Source: a bacterium
Lineage (GTDB): Bacteria > Patescibacteriota > Microgenomatia > JAMCZE01
Direction of reading: 5' to 3'
Length of the DNA stretch: 42,369 nucleotides
NCBI GenBank assembly: GCA_021836035.1
Contig: JAKBJL010000001.1
Location: 1-42,369 of the forward strand
Shown piece after piece: positions 26,250-36,563 of this stretch. The notes beneath the pieces were generated by a model, which did no database searches, was not told the DNA's origin, and saw nothing but the letters and a program-made list of their open reading frames with translations. Position numbers and translations under genes: made by a program. Positions within the stretch are counted from its first letter, which is position 1; each line of letters begins with the position of its first letter.

Positions 26250-26929
26250 TTACCCCGATAAAGTCGGGGTTTACCGAAGTTTAAAAAATAAACCTCCACG
26301 GGAGAAAGGGCTGCCGGGATCTTCAGGCCAAATTGGCTGACAAATCTCCCTTTGTCTAGTATTTTCCTTCCCCGGCATTTCAAGCCGGCTACTTCAGTCA
26401 GTTTCAGGAATTTACTCAGAGAGTATTGCCGGACCTGGGGAAAATTGATCATTCGACAAGCTGCCATTAACAAAGGATATCCGGTTTCTTCGACTATCTC
26501 CAGATATCGGGGCAAAAAGGATTCCACGACAAGAATTTCCCCTCCGGGCTTGAGAACTCTTTTAATTTCCGCTAATCCCCCTATTACTGAACGGTCAGTC
26601 TCGTCCAGCGTTTTCTCCGCCAGATGGTGAAATAGAAACTGCGCCAGAACGGTGTCAAAACGGCCGGCAGGCAGCGATAAATACCGTACGTCGGAAACCA
26701 AATGTCGGTGTTTAACTGGAAGCTTTATCCTGACCGAAAATAAATCTACGGTAGTCAGACTATCTACCCTGGCCAAATCATAATTAACCACCCCTGCAGA
26801 ACCGACATCCAGAACTTCGCCTTTAACCGCGGGACTTATTACCCGGCTGATATTTTTATAGAGATCTCCCAGACCCGTTTCCGTTTGCCGGGCATAATTG
26901 CGCCAGAACCGAGCGTAATTTCTCTTCAT
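26246..26929 (-). CDS. Class I SAM-dependent methyltransferase
   Basis: VLDVGSAG, FDTVLAQFLFHHL, EIKRVLKPGG. Confidence 0.85.
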   Translation of the reverse strand: MKRNYARFWRNYARQTETGLGDLYKNISRVISPAVKGEVLDVGSAGVVNYDLARVDSLTTVDLFSVRIKLPVKHRHLVSDVRYLSLPAGRFDTVLAQFLFHHLAEKTLDETDRSVIGGLAEIKRVLKPGGEILVVESFLPRYLEIVEETGYPLLMAACRMINFPQVRQYSLSKFLKLTEVAGLKCRGRKILDKGRFVSQFGLKIPAALSPVEVYFLNFGKPRLYRGK

Positions 26930-27675
26930 CTTTTTTGCACCAGAACCAATAGCGAAACTCCAAAAGGCAAGTCAAAATATTTTAATAGCTCATTTTCGGT
27001 TCGCAAAATCCACAGCAAAACGCTATTCAAGACGCCGGGTACTAACAGCAAATCGGTCTTAATCCGGGCCTTATCCCCTGCCAAGCGCTCCAAACTTGTT
27101 CTTAAAAGCCACCAGGGAAAAAAGAAGGAAATAAAATAGCTGCTTTTTTTTATTTTAAAACCCCTGTCCTCCAATGGCCGTTGCAAATCTTCCCGCCGGT
27201 AGCGCCGGAAATGCCCCAGCCTTTTATCCCGGCTGCTCCAAAGCGAAGGAAAGGCCGGCACAGTAACCAAAAAATAACCCCCGTTTTTTAAGACTCTATT
27301 TATTTGGTCCAGTACTTTCTCTTCGCTATTAATATGCTCTAATAAATCCAAGGCGATCACAACATCAAAAAAGCGATCAGAATAAGGCAAATGGTTTGCC
27401 ACTCCCCTCTTGATTTTTAATTTTTGCTGCCGGCAAGCAGCAACCGCCCGAGCGGACTTATCGATACCAAATCCTCCGGCGCCTTTTTTTTGTAATTCCG
27501 CGAGCAGCAACCCCGAACCGCAGCCAAGATCCAGAATTTTTTTCCCCCGTAAACTTCCGCTGAAACGAACCAGTAATTCCCCAACCAATTCCCTACGCCC
27601 CCGCGACCACCAATAATCCCGGTCCGCTTGATAATGCAGGTTCCAGTCGTAGTTGGTTATAGCTATTCTAGCCAT
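26926..27675 (-). CDS. Class I SAM-dependent methyltransferase (type often found beside glycosyltransferases)
   Basis: YWWSRGRR, ILDLGCGSG, LDLLEHI, TVPAFPSLWSSRDKRLGHFRRY. 4-bp overlap with the next gene. Confidence 0.9.
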   Translation of the reverse strand: MARIAITNYDWNLHYQADRDYWWSRGRRELVGELLVRFSGSLRGKKILDLGCGSGLLLAELQKKGAGGFGIDKSARAVAACRQQKLKIKRGVANHLPYSDRFFDVVIALDLLEHINSEEKVLDQINRVLKNGGYFLVTVPAFPSLWSSRDKRLGHFRRYRREDLQRPLEDRGFKIKKSSYFISFFFPWWLLRTSLERLAGDKARIKTDLLLVPGVLNSVLLWILRTENELLKYFDLPFGVSLLVLVQKR

Positions 27676-27760
27676 AAAATCCGATGTACCTCTTGATTTT
27701 TAACAATTCCCAAAATATCCCGGCAGACTTTTTCAAGCAGAAAATCGATATCGAAAAGCA

Positions 27761-28420
27761 TTATATAGGCTTTTCGTCTATTGAGAAAGAGAGGCTATTA
27801 TTTAGTTTGCAGCCGCTACCAGAATGGAAGCTTGAGCGTCGGTAATTTCCTTGCCTCTCTGGGCTTCTACTACTTGGATAAAAAGATTGAAGTTTATTTA
27901 TCGCGTCTTGACGGTTATCGGTATTAATTGCGGTAAGAGAATCGAAGGCATTTTGTAGTTTTGAACCCAAGCTGTTTTCGATCCCCTGCTGTAAACTAAA
28001 GTTTTCGAAAACATTTATCAAATTTACCCCTGGGTTATCAGCAGGGTAGAGATTCAATCCGTCAAAAGCTACCGCCCCGTTAGCCCATTCAAGATGGGGC
28101 ATAATCTCGATTTGATTATCGCTGCCGAAATTGAATATATATGTGAGATAGACCCAACCGGTTATCATTTTATGTGCACAGAAGAACGCTTGCCCGTCCG
28201 GATATAAGTAGGAGGTTTTAAGGTACACTCCGAAAATATAATTTGTATTTGGGGTAACATTAATTGGCTGACTAGCCCAAGAGTTGTTATTTATATCTGT
28301 GCTTGGTAAGCGCGTGCTTTTCCCCCTGGTAAAAGTTGTCGTATCTGCCGTCATATTGAAAGTCCCGGGGGAATACCCCCAAACTAAATCCCAATTGGCT
28401 AAGAATTTGCCGGAAAGAAA
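27761..28420 (-). pseudogene. Remnant of a secreted carbohydrate-binding-module protein with a FIMAH-like helical C-terminus
   Basis: SQPINVTPNTNYIFGVYLKT...FDGLNL is CBM-like. GIENSLGSKLQNA...AINKLQSF continues in another frame as IQVVEAQRGKEITDAQASIL after an extra base in the homopolymer at about 27880-27884, followed by an internal stop. No intact N-terminus. Confidence 0.6.
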
Positions 28421-28521
28421 AAATGTACTGCCAGGAGGAGAGCAATTAAGGCACCAAAAATTCTCTTCACGATTTAGATATTACATAGTAATATCGAGGA
28501 GTCAAGAGAAAGGTACTAAAA

Positions 28522-31113
28522 TTACTCGCCTTCTTTATCCCACCATTGGCTGATCCCCTTTAGAGGGTGCATCTTTAGGTGTATTTGACGTTTACCGAGA
28601 AACCAGAAAAGAAGAGCTAAAAAAGTAGCTATCGAAACCAAATAGCCCAACTTTTCGACAGGGCCTAAGGAGTATTGAAAAGTAATTTTATCGCCCGCCT
28701 GCGCTTTTGCCAAAGGAACGTACATAAAACCTGGTCCCGCCCGGTAAATCCTTGCAGTTCGGCCATTTATCAAAGCCCCCCAATTACCGTTAGTAAGCTC
28801 CCTCAATAATACCCCGCCTCCCCGGCTGCTATCTGCCTTAATCTCGATCTCCCGGCTCTCCGGGTTTGGGAACCTGGCTTCATAATTAATCTCCCTGCCG
28901 GGCTCTCCAGTTAAAGCCAAATATATATCCGTCAATAACTCAGTTTCCTGAAGATTCTTCCGCTGGTCGAGGTAATAAGGCAAATTCATCCCTGACCAGA
29001 CAACTTTCCCTCGCTGCCAATTGCCTGCGACAACTAGTGGCCGATCTTTGCTAGTTAAAAGAATCCGGCTGTTTTTCACTAAATCGCTGCCGAGTTGCAC
29101 CTTCCAGGGGCTTTCGCCTGAAGTAGTAGACCCGAAAGGGGCGCTCAGTCCCCAATCCCCTTTCAATTCTCCTGCCGTCAGTTTTTTCACCGGAAGAAAT
29201 ACCGGCAAAGGCCTATCTCCCCAAGGATTCCCCTCAATATAAACATTGCCTCCAGCAGCAAGGTATTGTTCTATAAGTTTACTTTCCGCCATCTGATCCT
29301 TAAATTTCGCTTCATATAAAATAATGAGATTAAACTTTTTCAACTCTTCTAGATTATATCCGGATAAATTCGTGCCGCCCTGTAAAGGTAACAGCTTGGA
29401 AGAATTCACATTAGCCCGCGCTAAAGCACGAAAAATAATATCAAACTGCGCTCGCCCGCCGGTAATTACGAGGGCCGTAGGAACGGTAACTACGGAAAGA
29501 ATGGGTTCGGGTTTTAAATATTCGAAAGCTTTAAAATCCCGGTTTTCTCCCAAAGATTTAATGGGGATATTCTCTGCTGAAAACTTCTGATAATCATCAG
29601 TCTGGGAAACTAAAAATTTATCCACCGCCCACCAATCAAGTAAAAAAAGAGCCTCGTTAAGGTTATTCTTTTGGTGCCAAATAGTTTGCTGAAAATAGAA
29701 ATATGCGTTGGGGTCAGTGATGCAATTGGCGCAATAGTCCCTGGTTTGCGGTAAGTGCGGGTAAAGAATATTAAACCAAACGGCAAGACGCCCATAATCG
29801 CCAGTTCCAAAGCGATACCGCGGTGTATCTTGAAGTTGCATATTCTGGAAAAGCTCACTCCTAGATAGCGGCCGTTCAAACGGGGCGCGCGACATGGGAC
29901 TGCTTAACGGAAATTGTAAAAAAAGCCAGAGCAATAAAAGTCCCATTCCCAATAGGGAGATAACATTAAGAACCAACCGCCTACTTTCTAAAATTGTGGC
30001 ATTGATAACGCCAGCCAAAATGAGAGCAAAAAAGGCTAGGAAGGGTAAAAGCCATTTCGGAAGCCAAATCCCGCCATATATCAAACCTAAAAAGGGAAAA
30101 AGCACCATAGTGTACACCGTTAATCCCCCAACCAACATTAAGATGCCTAGAATAAACTTACCCGACAGATCCTGAGGAATCTTTCTCCGCACAAAACAAA
30201 AAGCCAACAAGATCATACTAAGCAAAAAAACAGAAACCAAGACCGGCTGTAAGGTCCAGAGGTAGGGAATCTGAAAACTATAATGATCAACAATCTGATT
30301 GCCGGGTCGAATAAGGAAAAGAAGATCTCTTAAATATGCTACGTTTCCCTGCGGGGCTAGCTTTGCTGGAGCAGAAAACGGGAAACCGGGAAATCCCAGT
30401 ATTACCGGCGGTAACATTTCAAAAGCGCTTAAGAGAAAACCGGGTATTGCTACTTTGACAAAACTGCCGATAGCGTCCCACAAATTACGATCATAGATCA
30501 GGCCCCAATAGAGCAAAACCAGCAGTAAAACAAATCCCGTTAGCCCTTGGATCGCAAAAGTCAGACCGATAAAAAACACGGTAAAAAGAAAATTGTGCCG
30601 GTTATTCTTTTCTTGTAAATAACTGATAAAGGCCCAGAGCGCCAAGGAAAAGGGCGCTAGGGCAAAAAAACGTTCATAAAGTCCGCTTTCAAAACTCCAT
30701 CCCCACAAGGCCGGAGTTGCAACCAGGCACATCGCCAGAAATAACGGCAGCAGAAATTTACCGGTCAGGCGATTAATAATCAGATACAAACCGAAAGCCA
30801 GAATCCCGGCAGAAAAAACCGTCATAAAGTTAAGGGTAAATTCTGCACTTACATGAAAAAGATTAGCGAAGGAGGCCATTACGGCGTATGGAAAAACGAC
30901 GGGATACCAGGTAAAAAATGCCATGCCCCCCGCCCAAACCGGTAACCACCAGATATGCGGCCAAAACTGCTGGATTAACTTAAGTTGGAAAATGTGGACA
31001 TTAGCATCCCAACCGCGGGGATATCCCGCCCAGCCATAAATCAGATAACTAACCAGAAAGGCAAAACCAAGGAGAAGAACCAGAGAGAAAAGGTGGGAAA
31101 AAATATTTTTCAT
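28522..31113 (-). CDS. GT-C-fold (YfhO / 6-PTPS-related membrane domain) glycosyltransferase-like protein with a large extracytoplasmic domain
   Basis: GWDANVH, WWLPVWAGG...WYP, many hydrophobic segments, C-terminal NWGALING...AGPGFMYVPL plus a final TM helix. Confidence 0.75.
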   Translation of the reverse strand: MKNIFSHLFSLVLLLGFAFLVSYLIYGWAGYPRGWDANVHIFQLKLIQQFWPHIWWLPVWAGGMAFFTWYPVVFPYAVMASFANLFHVSAEFTLNFMTVFSAGILAFGLYLIINRLTGKFLLPLFLAMCLVATPALWGWSFESGLYERFFALAPFSLALWAFISYLQEKNNRHNFLFTVFFIGLTFAIQGLTGFVLLLVLLYWGLIYDRNLWDAIGSFVKVAIPGFLLSAFEMLPPVILGFPGFPFSAPAKLAPQGNVAYLRDLLFLIRPGNQIVDHYSFQIPYLWTLQPVLVSVFLLSMILLAFCFVRRKIPQDLSGKFILGILMLVGGLTVYTMVLFPFLGLIYGGIWLPKWLLPFLAFFALILAGVINATILESRRLVLNVISLLGMGLLLLWLFLQFPLSSPMSRAPFERPLSRSELFQNMQLQDTPRYRFGTGDYGRLAVWFNILYPHLPQTRDYCANCITDPNAYFYFQQTIWHQKNNLNEALFLLDWWAVDKFLVSQTDDYQKFSAENIPIKSLGENRDFKAFEYLKPEPILSVVTVPTALVITGGRAQFDIIFRALARANVNSSKLLPLQGGTNLSGYNLEELKKFNLIILYEAKFKDQMAESKLIEQYLAAGGNVYIEGNPWGDRPLPVFLPVKKLTAGELKGDWGLSAPFGSTTSGESPWKVQLGSDLVKNSRILLTSKDRPLVVAGNWQRGKVVWSGMNLPYYLDQRKNLQETELLTDIYLALTGEPGREINYEARFPNPESREIEIKADSSRGGGVLLRELTNGNWGALINGRTARIYRAGPGFMYVPLAKAQAGDKITFQYSLGPVEKLGYLVSIATFLALLFWFLGKRQIHLKMHPLKGISQWWDKEGE

Positions 31114-31865
31114 TCTCTATTAGTTTTACCATTAGTTGTTATATGTTCCGGTAAGATAATGTGGTAAAGCCTGCGGATACGGAGAAGCTCCCGAAAAATC
31201 GCCAGCGACTTAGAAAGATTGTATTTTATCCGTGTATCGGGATTATGGGTCCAATCGGCCGGGACCTCCGCAATTTTGGCCCCCGCCCGGTGCGCCAGAA
31301 GCAAAAATTCCAAGTCAAAAAGAACGCTGTTGGTTTTTACCTTAGCAAAGGCTTTTTTCCCGATACTCGTTTTGAAAAGTTTAAAACCGCATTGGGGATC
31401 AGCTACTCCGTACGCCAGGAGAAATTTGGAAAGGGTTCCGAAAGATTTTCCCAGAAGCTCCCGGGGAAATCCCTGGCTTTGCAGGACTTTTGCTCCGTGC
31501 TTTTCCCGGGAAGCGACGCTTATATCATGGCCTTCCGTAATCGGTCCCCACAATTGATCAAAGTACCTTATGGGAACAGAAAGATCGGCATCCGTAAATA
31601 AAATATAATCCCCTTTGGCAGCTTTGACTCCGGTCCGCACCGCTGCCCCCTTACCGAGATTACAATGATGGCTAATAAGCTTAATATTCGGAGATTTTTC
31701 GGCTAACTGCCTAACCACAGCCGCGGTTTTATCTATGGAACCGTCATCAATAACTAGTATTTCATAGTTAATCTTGGCCGCTCTAAAAAATCTTCTGATT
31801 TGTTCTATCGTTCCCCCAATTCTCTCCGCTTCGTTAAATGCCGGAATGATTATAGTTAAAAGCAT
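31110..31865 (-). CDS. Polyprenol-phosphate glycosyltransferase (GT2, Dol-P-Glc/Man synthase-like)
   Basis: IIIPAFNEAERI, IDDGSIDKT, NLGKGAAV, FTDADLS, DPQCGFKLF, FDLEFL. ATG at 31865 preferred. Confidence 0.9.
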   Translation of the reverse strand: MLLTIIIPAFNEAERIGGTIEQIRRFFRAAKINYEILVIDDGSIDKTAAVVRQLAEKSPNIKLISHHCNLGKGAAVRTGVKAAKGDYILFTDADLSVPIRYFDQLWGPITEGHDISVASREKHGAKVLQSQGFPRELLGKSFGTLSKFLLAYGVADPQCGFKLFKTSIGKKAFAKVKTNSVLFDLEFLLLAHRAGAKIAEVPADWTHNPDTRIKYNLSKSLAIFRELLRIRRLYHIILPEHITTNGKTNRE

Positions 31866-33885
31866 GCCGTAGATAATATACAAAAAATATCGCAGAAAGA
31901 ATACTGACGAGAAAACTTATTAAAACATCCGTGGTGGGAGAAAAAGAAAGCTTTATTTCTGCCGCAGCGTTATGAATATTTATAAACCCGATCGGGTCCG
32001 ACTCAATCTCCAGCTGCTTTCCACTTTTATCAAAAGCCGACCAGCCCGGCTGATACGAGATTCTAACCAGGAGATCGTGGGGGTTATCCGGAGCAAAAAC
32101 CGTCATCTGCGACCAATTATTCCCCAAGGGGTAGTTGATTCTCAAAGATTCGGCACTCTCTACCCGTCCTAAATATTTTTCCAGTCTTTCTTTATCTAAA
32201 ACAATTTTACCGGATTTTAAGTTATCTGGCTGGCTAAACGTTTTAGCCCAACCCGGTTCCAAGGCCAAAGCTAAAGAGGTATTTGTTGACGGAACTTCAT
32301 AGATAATATCGCCTTCGTATTCATAAACATTTCGAAGCCAGCTGTATTTTCCCGGGTAAGTGTAATCTTTGAAGTAAACCCGGGAATCAGCGGTATTCAC
32401 GACAATATACTTAATACCCAAAGCCTGTAACCAATTAAGAGCAAGCTTCCCATCCGCTCCCTTAAGCAACTGATAGCTTATATGGGCCCACCAGGGATTT
32501 AAGCCTCCGAAATCACCGCCCTTGACCCCCCGCAGTTGGGGAACATTAGTAAAAACATTCAACCATTGCGAGTGGGTTCCCGTAGCATAGACGCGCGTCC
32601 TCGCACTATGTTCCTCTAACCAACGGGCTACCCGATACTCGCTGCTTTGAGAAATATCACTATTGGGTTTTGCCAGATTCGAGAAATTATCAATTCGGGG
32701 AAGGATAAAAATTCCGACCAGAAAAAATAATACGCCCCAGAACGCGATTCGAAGATATTTATTAATTCCCAAATCGCATTCTGTTGCTAAAAGACTGGCT
32801 AGGAAAAGCGCTGAGGAGAGATCTAGCTCGGGCCCGAAACGTTGTAGATAATCATGAGGAAGCGGAAGTAAGGAAAAATCGTAACGGTATTGTAAAAAAA
32901 TCAGGAAAAAGAAAAGCAGAGACCAAATTGCCGTGAGAACGAACGGGAAACTACGAACATTTTTTTGGATTAGATATTTAAGGGAAAAATATATGGTAAC
33001 CAAAGCCGGAAATATCACGAAAATGATAAAGACCGGGTTGCGATACATTCCCCTAACAATTCCCCCCTCCTGAGCAAAACCAATCGCCGCCTCAAGGAAA
33101 GAAGGGTTATACCAAAATAATCCCAGTCCCAAGACAAATAGGGCAACTGCGAAAGCCTGTTTGAGCGTATGGCTACCTGCTCCTCTGGCCATCTCCAGCA
33201 TCAATAAAACTAACACCATAATAACCAGCGGCATAAAAGCCGTAGAAGAAGTTAATAAAATAAACAGAAATGTCATGACACTTGAGAAAAACCAATTTTT
33301 TTGTCCCGTCTCCAGCAGCTTTTTGAAACAAAGCAAAGCTATGGGTAAAACCGCTATACCCCAGGTATGTGCCCCTTCCCCGAAGTAAATCAGAACCAGC
33401 AAGCGCCAGGGTAAAAAATTAAAACCCTGCATAAATTGGGCAATTGGAGAAATTAACAGCGTTCCTAGTGGTATAGCAGAATAAAGCAGGGCGGCAAAAA
33501 ACGCCGGTAGGTTCTTCTTGATCAGCTCTTTGGCTAAGAAGAAACAGGAAATGCTTCCCAAAGTGTAAGCTATACCTATACTTATCCGGTAAATCCCGCC
33601 GGGGTTCACCCCGGAAACAAAACTTGCCAACGCTATAGAAAACGGCACAATCGGTTGGTAGACAAGATAAAATGGAAAGCCAAAATACCAAAACGGATGC
33701 CAGATAATATGTGGGAAACTTTCTAAAATGAATTTCACGTAGGCCAAATATTGGCTTTCAATAGAAGGCATGACCGCGGTATATTCCCCCGTAAACAGCA
33801 AGCGGGTAAAAATTAGGTTCAAAACGGCAAGCAACAATACCGGCAAGCCTCCCGCTAAAATGGCTTTTATCCTGTTATTCTTCAT
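31834..33885 (-). CDS. GT-C-fold (YfhO-like) membrane glycosyltransferase-like protein
   Basis: WHPFWYFGFPFYLVYQP, GEGAH, FWYNPSF, PQLRG, LQALGIKYIVV, VRISYQPGWSA...DPIGFINI. Confidence 0.75.
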   Translation of the reverse strand: MKNNRIKAILAGGLPVLLLAVLNLIFTRLLFTGEYTAVMPSIESQYLAYVKFILESFPHIIWHPFWYFGFPFYLVYQPIVPFSIALASFVSGVNPGGIYRISIGIAYTLGSISCFFLAKELIKKNLPAFFAALLYSAIPLGTLLISPIAQFMQGFNFLPWRLLVLIYFGEGAHTWGIAVLPIALLCFKKLLETGQKNWFFSSVMTFLFILLTSSTAFMPLVIMVLVLLMLEMARGAGSHTLKQAFAVALFVLGLGLFWYNPSFLEAAIGFAQEGGIVRGMYRNPVFIIFVIFPALVTIYFSLKYLIQKNVRSFPFVLTAIWSLLFFFLIFLQYRYDFSLLPLPHDYLQRFGPELDLSSALFLASLLATECDLGINKYLRIAFWGVLFFLVGIFILPRIDNFSNLAKPNSDISQSSEYRVARWLEEHSARTRVYATGTHSQWLNVFTNVPQLRGVKGGDFGGLNPWWAHISYQLLKGADGKLALNWLQALGIKYIVVNTADSRVYFKDYTYPGKYSWLRNVYEYEGDIIYEVPSTNTSLALALEPGWAKTFSQPDNLKSGKIVLDKERLEKYLGRVESAESLRINYPLGNNWSQMTVFAPDNPHDLLVRISYQPGWSAFDKSGKQLEIESDPIGFINIHNAAAEIKLSFSPTTDVLISFLVSILSAIFFVYYLRHAFNYNHSGI

Positions 33886-35189
33886 GAGCGTAAAGATTTT
33901 CCGGTTCGGGGATAAATTTCCAGTAAAACTAACGCCGCAAGCGTTACGAAGGTCAGCAGGTCTCCGATTACGCGGGACCAGCCGTCAAAGCCGTCTTTGG
34001 CGAGCCACAAATGGCTTTTGGCGGTTTGGTCTAAACCTTGCGCCAATTCTTCTCCGGCCGGCAGCGCCGTCTTCCCGCCCATCCAGATAATCAGGGTAAT
34101 TAATACTACGGCGATAAGGAGTCCCGCCATGTTCGGCCAGGGGAAGCGGTTTTGCAGAGTATCGTTAATTTTTACCGTGGCCATCCCCGCCAAAAGCGCT
34201 AAAGCGATGCCCAGCTCCGGGTAGTAGCGCGAGGAACTGGACGAGAGAAAGCCGTGCAGGCCGGCCATGGCGATTAGAACAAAAACAATCGTCCAAAAGC
34301 TTGCCAGAAATACCGGCTGGAGGTTGGCCTTGCGGTCAAAAAGCAGGAAACCGAAAGCCCCCAGGACGGGAACGATAAAAAGCGACAGCGGAATCAGGTT
34401 CGCTAAAACCTGGCGCATTTCGCGGCCCAGCGGCCCGGAGACCATCCACCAGGCAAAGACCGGGTTATACCAAAATGCGGCCAGGGCCCCGGCGATCAGA
34501 AAAACTATCAGGAAGCGTAATAGTTTCAACCGACCGTGTCCTAAAAGCATTTCCGAAAAAGCGGCCAGCACCGCGAAAATCAAATAGGTCAGAAAGCCGA
34601 AGGGTGAAATTAAAACTATCGCCGTGCTCAAGAAGGCCGCGATTAATAAATTGTGGCGGCCGCCGAATCTTAAAAAAGCCATCAGGCTGTAAATCGCCAG
34701 GGGCATTATCCCAAGGCTTGCTATATGCGGCCCGTCATTGCCGGTAAATCCGGCTGACAACCGGCTCTTGGCAAAAAAGTATTCGGGAACAGTGGCCGTT
34801 AAAACCGCAATAATTGCCGCCAGTTTCCGGCCGGTCAAAAAGGAGATCAGGAAGTAAAAGGTTACCGGGAAAAACAGAAAGAAGAGAATCTGCACCAGCT
34901 GTACCGCATAAATAAAGGGCAGGCTGACAATGCGGGAGAGTAAGTTGGCCAGATACGGAATTGCCGGCCCGGAAAAGGGGGCAATCACCGCGGCTGTTCC
35001 CATCAGGGGAGCAGTCAGATAATAATTCAGGGCGACCAGAACAATTAGCGCAGTAAATTCGACCAGTCTCCCTCCCCATTTCCCGGGAGTAACGAGCCCC
35101 GGCAGCCTGCTTTCCCGCAGCCGCTCGCTGATCCGCCGGGCCCGTTTCGCGGCAATGGTTTCCTGAGTTTGCGGAACTATATTTTCCAT
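33882..35189 (-). CDS. Shorter GT-C-like polytopic membrane paralogue
   Basis: GNDGPH, FWYNPVF and RYYPELG parallel motifs in 31834-33885. ATG at 35189 (MENIVPQ), preceded by GGAG, preferred as start. Confidence 0.65.
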   Translation of the reverse strand: MENIVPQTQETIAAKRARRISERLRESRLPGLVTPGKWGGRLVEFTALIVLVALNYYLTAPLMGTAAVIAPFSGPAIPYLANLLSRIVSLPFIYAVQLVQILFFLFFPVTFYFLISFLTGRKLAAIIAVLTATVPEYFFAKSRLSAGFTGNDGPHIASLGIMPLAIYSLMAFLRFGGRHNLLIAAFLSTAIVLISPFGFLTYLIFAVLAAFSEMLLGHGRLKLLRFLIVFLIAGALAAFWYNPVFAWWMVSGPLGREMRQVLANLIPLSLFIVPVLGAFGFLLFDRKANLQPVFLASFWTIVFVLIAMAGLHGFLSSSSSRYYPELGIALALLAGMATVKINDTLQNRFPWPNMAGLLIAVVLITLIIWMGGKTALPAGEELAQGLDQTAKSHLWLAKDGFDGWSRVIGDLLTFVTLAALVLLEIYPRTGKSLRS

Positions 35190-36559
35190 AAAATATCTCC
35201 GTTTCCTTCCCAGACTTTTTGCCCGATATCCTCCCATTTTCGCAAATTTTTAAAGTCATGATAATACTCAAATGAGTCCGGGCCGCTGACGAGTACATAT
35301 GACACGCCAAGTTCCCGTAATGCTGCCAGGGTTTCTTCCGGGCCGCTTCCCTCGCGGATAAGATAAGCCGCCCGTGCCCAGCTTTTTTCTACCGCTGCCT
35401 CGTCCCTTCCTCCCCGGACCTGGTAAAAATCCGCCAGGGCGTTGGACCAAAAAACCGGCGTCCCCGAGAAAAATACCCGCCGGTCCCCGACAATTTCCTT
35501 GATCTCTCCCATTTCCGCTACCAGCTTAGTGGTTTCCCCTAAGTTCCTTATAACCCCCAACTCCCTTGTTGTAAAAGCGGATACAGCCACGGCCATAATT
35601 ATGGGGGCCAAAGCTAGCCGCCGCTTACCGATTGTTATGATCGCTAACCACACTCCGATCTCCAATTCTCCAAACCAGGCAATCCAATCCAGCCAAAAAT
35701 CCGGATCGGCCAAAAGGCGGAAAAGCGTCAGGGCGAGAAAACTAACCAGCCAAATCAGGGCAAACCTTCTTAGCCGGTCAGCTTTCTTATCCAAAAAAGC
35801 TGCTGCGGCAACCGCCAGTCCCACCGGAAGGATAGTCCGCAACCAGTTAAGCAGTTTCCCTGCCAGCACGATCATTCCTTCCCCGCCCAACGAGGAATTG
35901 CCTAAAATGGTCAGCCAAAAACCGGGGGTATACCAAACAGTAGATAGTGCAAGGGCAAGAGCAAAGACAACAAGCAAATGACGGACTGAAACAAAAGGTT
36001 CCCCGGTGGTTGCCAGAAGGGCGATTACTCCTATGAGCATTGTCGGCAGGATGCCCGTATTCGTCAGGAGCAAAAAAGTCAGAGCAACTACCGCGAGGAG
36101 CAAATTCCTTACCGAACGCCTGGCCAGGTAAAAATCCAGAGCGATTAGCCCCCAAGGAAAGAGAGCCAAGGCAAGCGCCGCCGACACCTCGTTTAAAGCA
36201 TACGCCGAGAGGTATTTCCAGGGCAGTACGAGGAAGATTACTATATAAAATAGTATCTTTCTGTCTCTGACTAGCTTCGGGTTTTGGTCAGCCAGCTTCG
36301 AAACCAAAATGCTCCAACCGATAGCAGAAAGAATAAAGCTTAAAGCTATTAGCCAATAGCTTAAAGCTAGGAACGCTTGCCCGGGAAATAACTTATGCAG
36401 TAAAACCAGAAGTATCGGCACCACCGGACCAATGAGATACTTAACCGGCGTCGTCCCCAGGTACCAGTAGGGATACAGGCCGGAGAAGCCATGGGCCGCA
36501 ATGAACCTGGTAAGCGCCAGCGTTACCGGTATTAATGATGTCGTCGGCGGATAAAACAT
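35177..36559 (-). CDS. GT-C-like polytopic membrane paralogue
   Basis: LYPYWYLGTTPVKYLIGPVVP, VWYTPGFW, YQVRGG, LRELGVSYVLV...YYHDFKN parallel motifs in 31834-33885. Confidence 0.7.
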   Translation of the reverse strand: MFYPPTTSLIPVTLALTRFIAAHGFSGLYPYWYLGTTPVKYLIGPVVPILLVLLHKLFPGQAFLALSYWLIALSFILSAIGWSILVSKLADQNPKLVRDRKILFYIVIFLVLPWKYLSAYALNEVSAALALALFPWGLIALDFYLARRSVRNLLLAVVALTFLLLTNTGILPTMLIGVIALLATTGEPFVSVRHLLVVFALALALSTVWYTPGFWLTILGNSSLGGEGMIVLAGKLLNWLRTILPVGLAVAAAAFLDKKADRLRRFALIWLVSFLALTLFRLLADPDFWLDWIAWFGELEIGVWLAIITIGKRRLALAPIIMAVAVSAFTTRELGVIRNLGETTKLVAEMGEIKEIVGDRRVFFSGTPVFWSNALADFYQVRGGRDEAAVEKSWARAAYLIREGSGPEETLAALRELGVSYVLVSGPDSFEYYHDFKNLRKWEDIGQKVWEGNGDILWKI

Positions 36560-36563
36560 CGGC

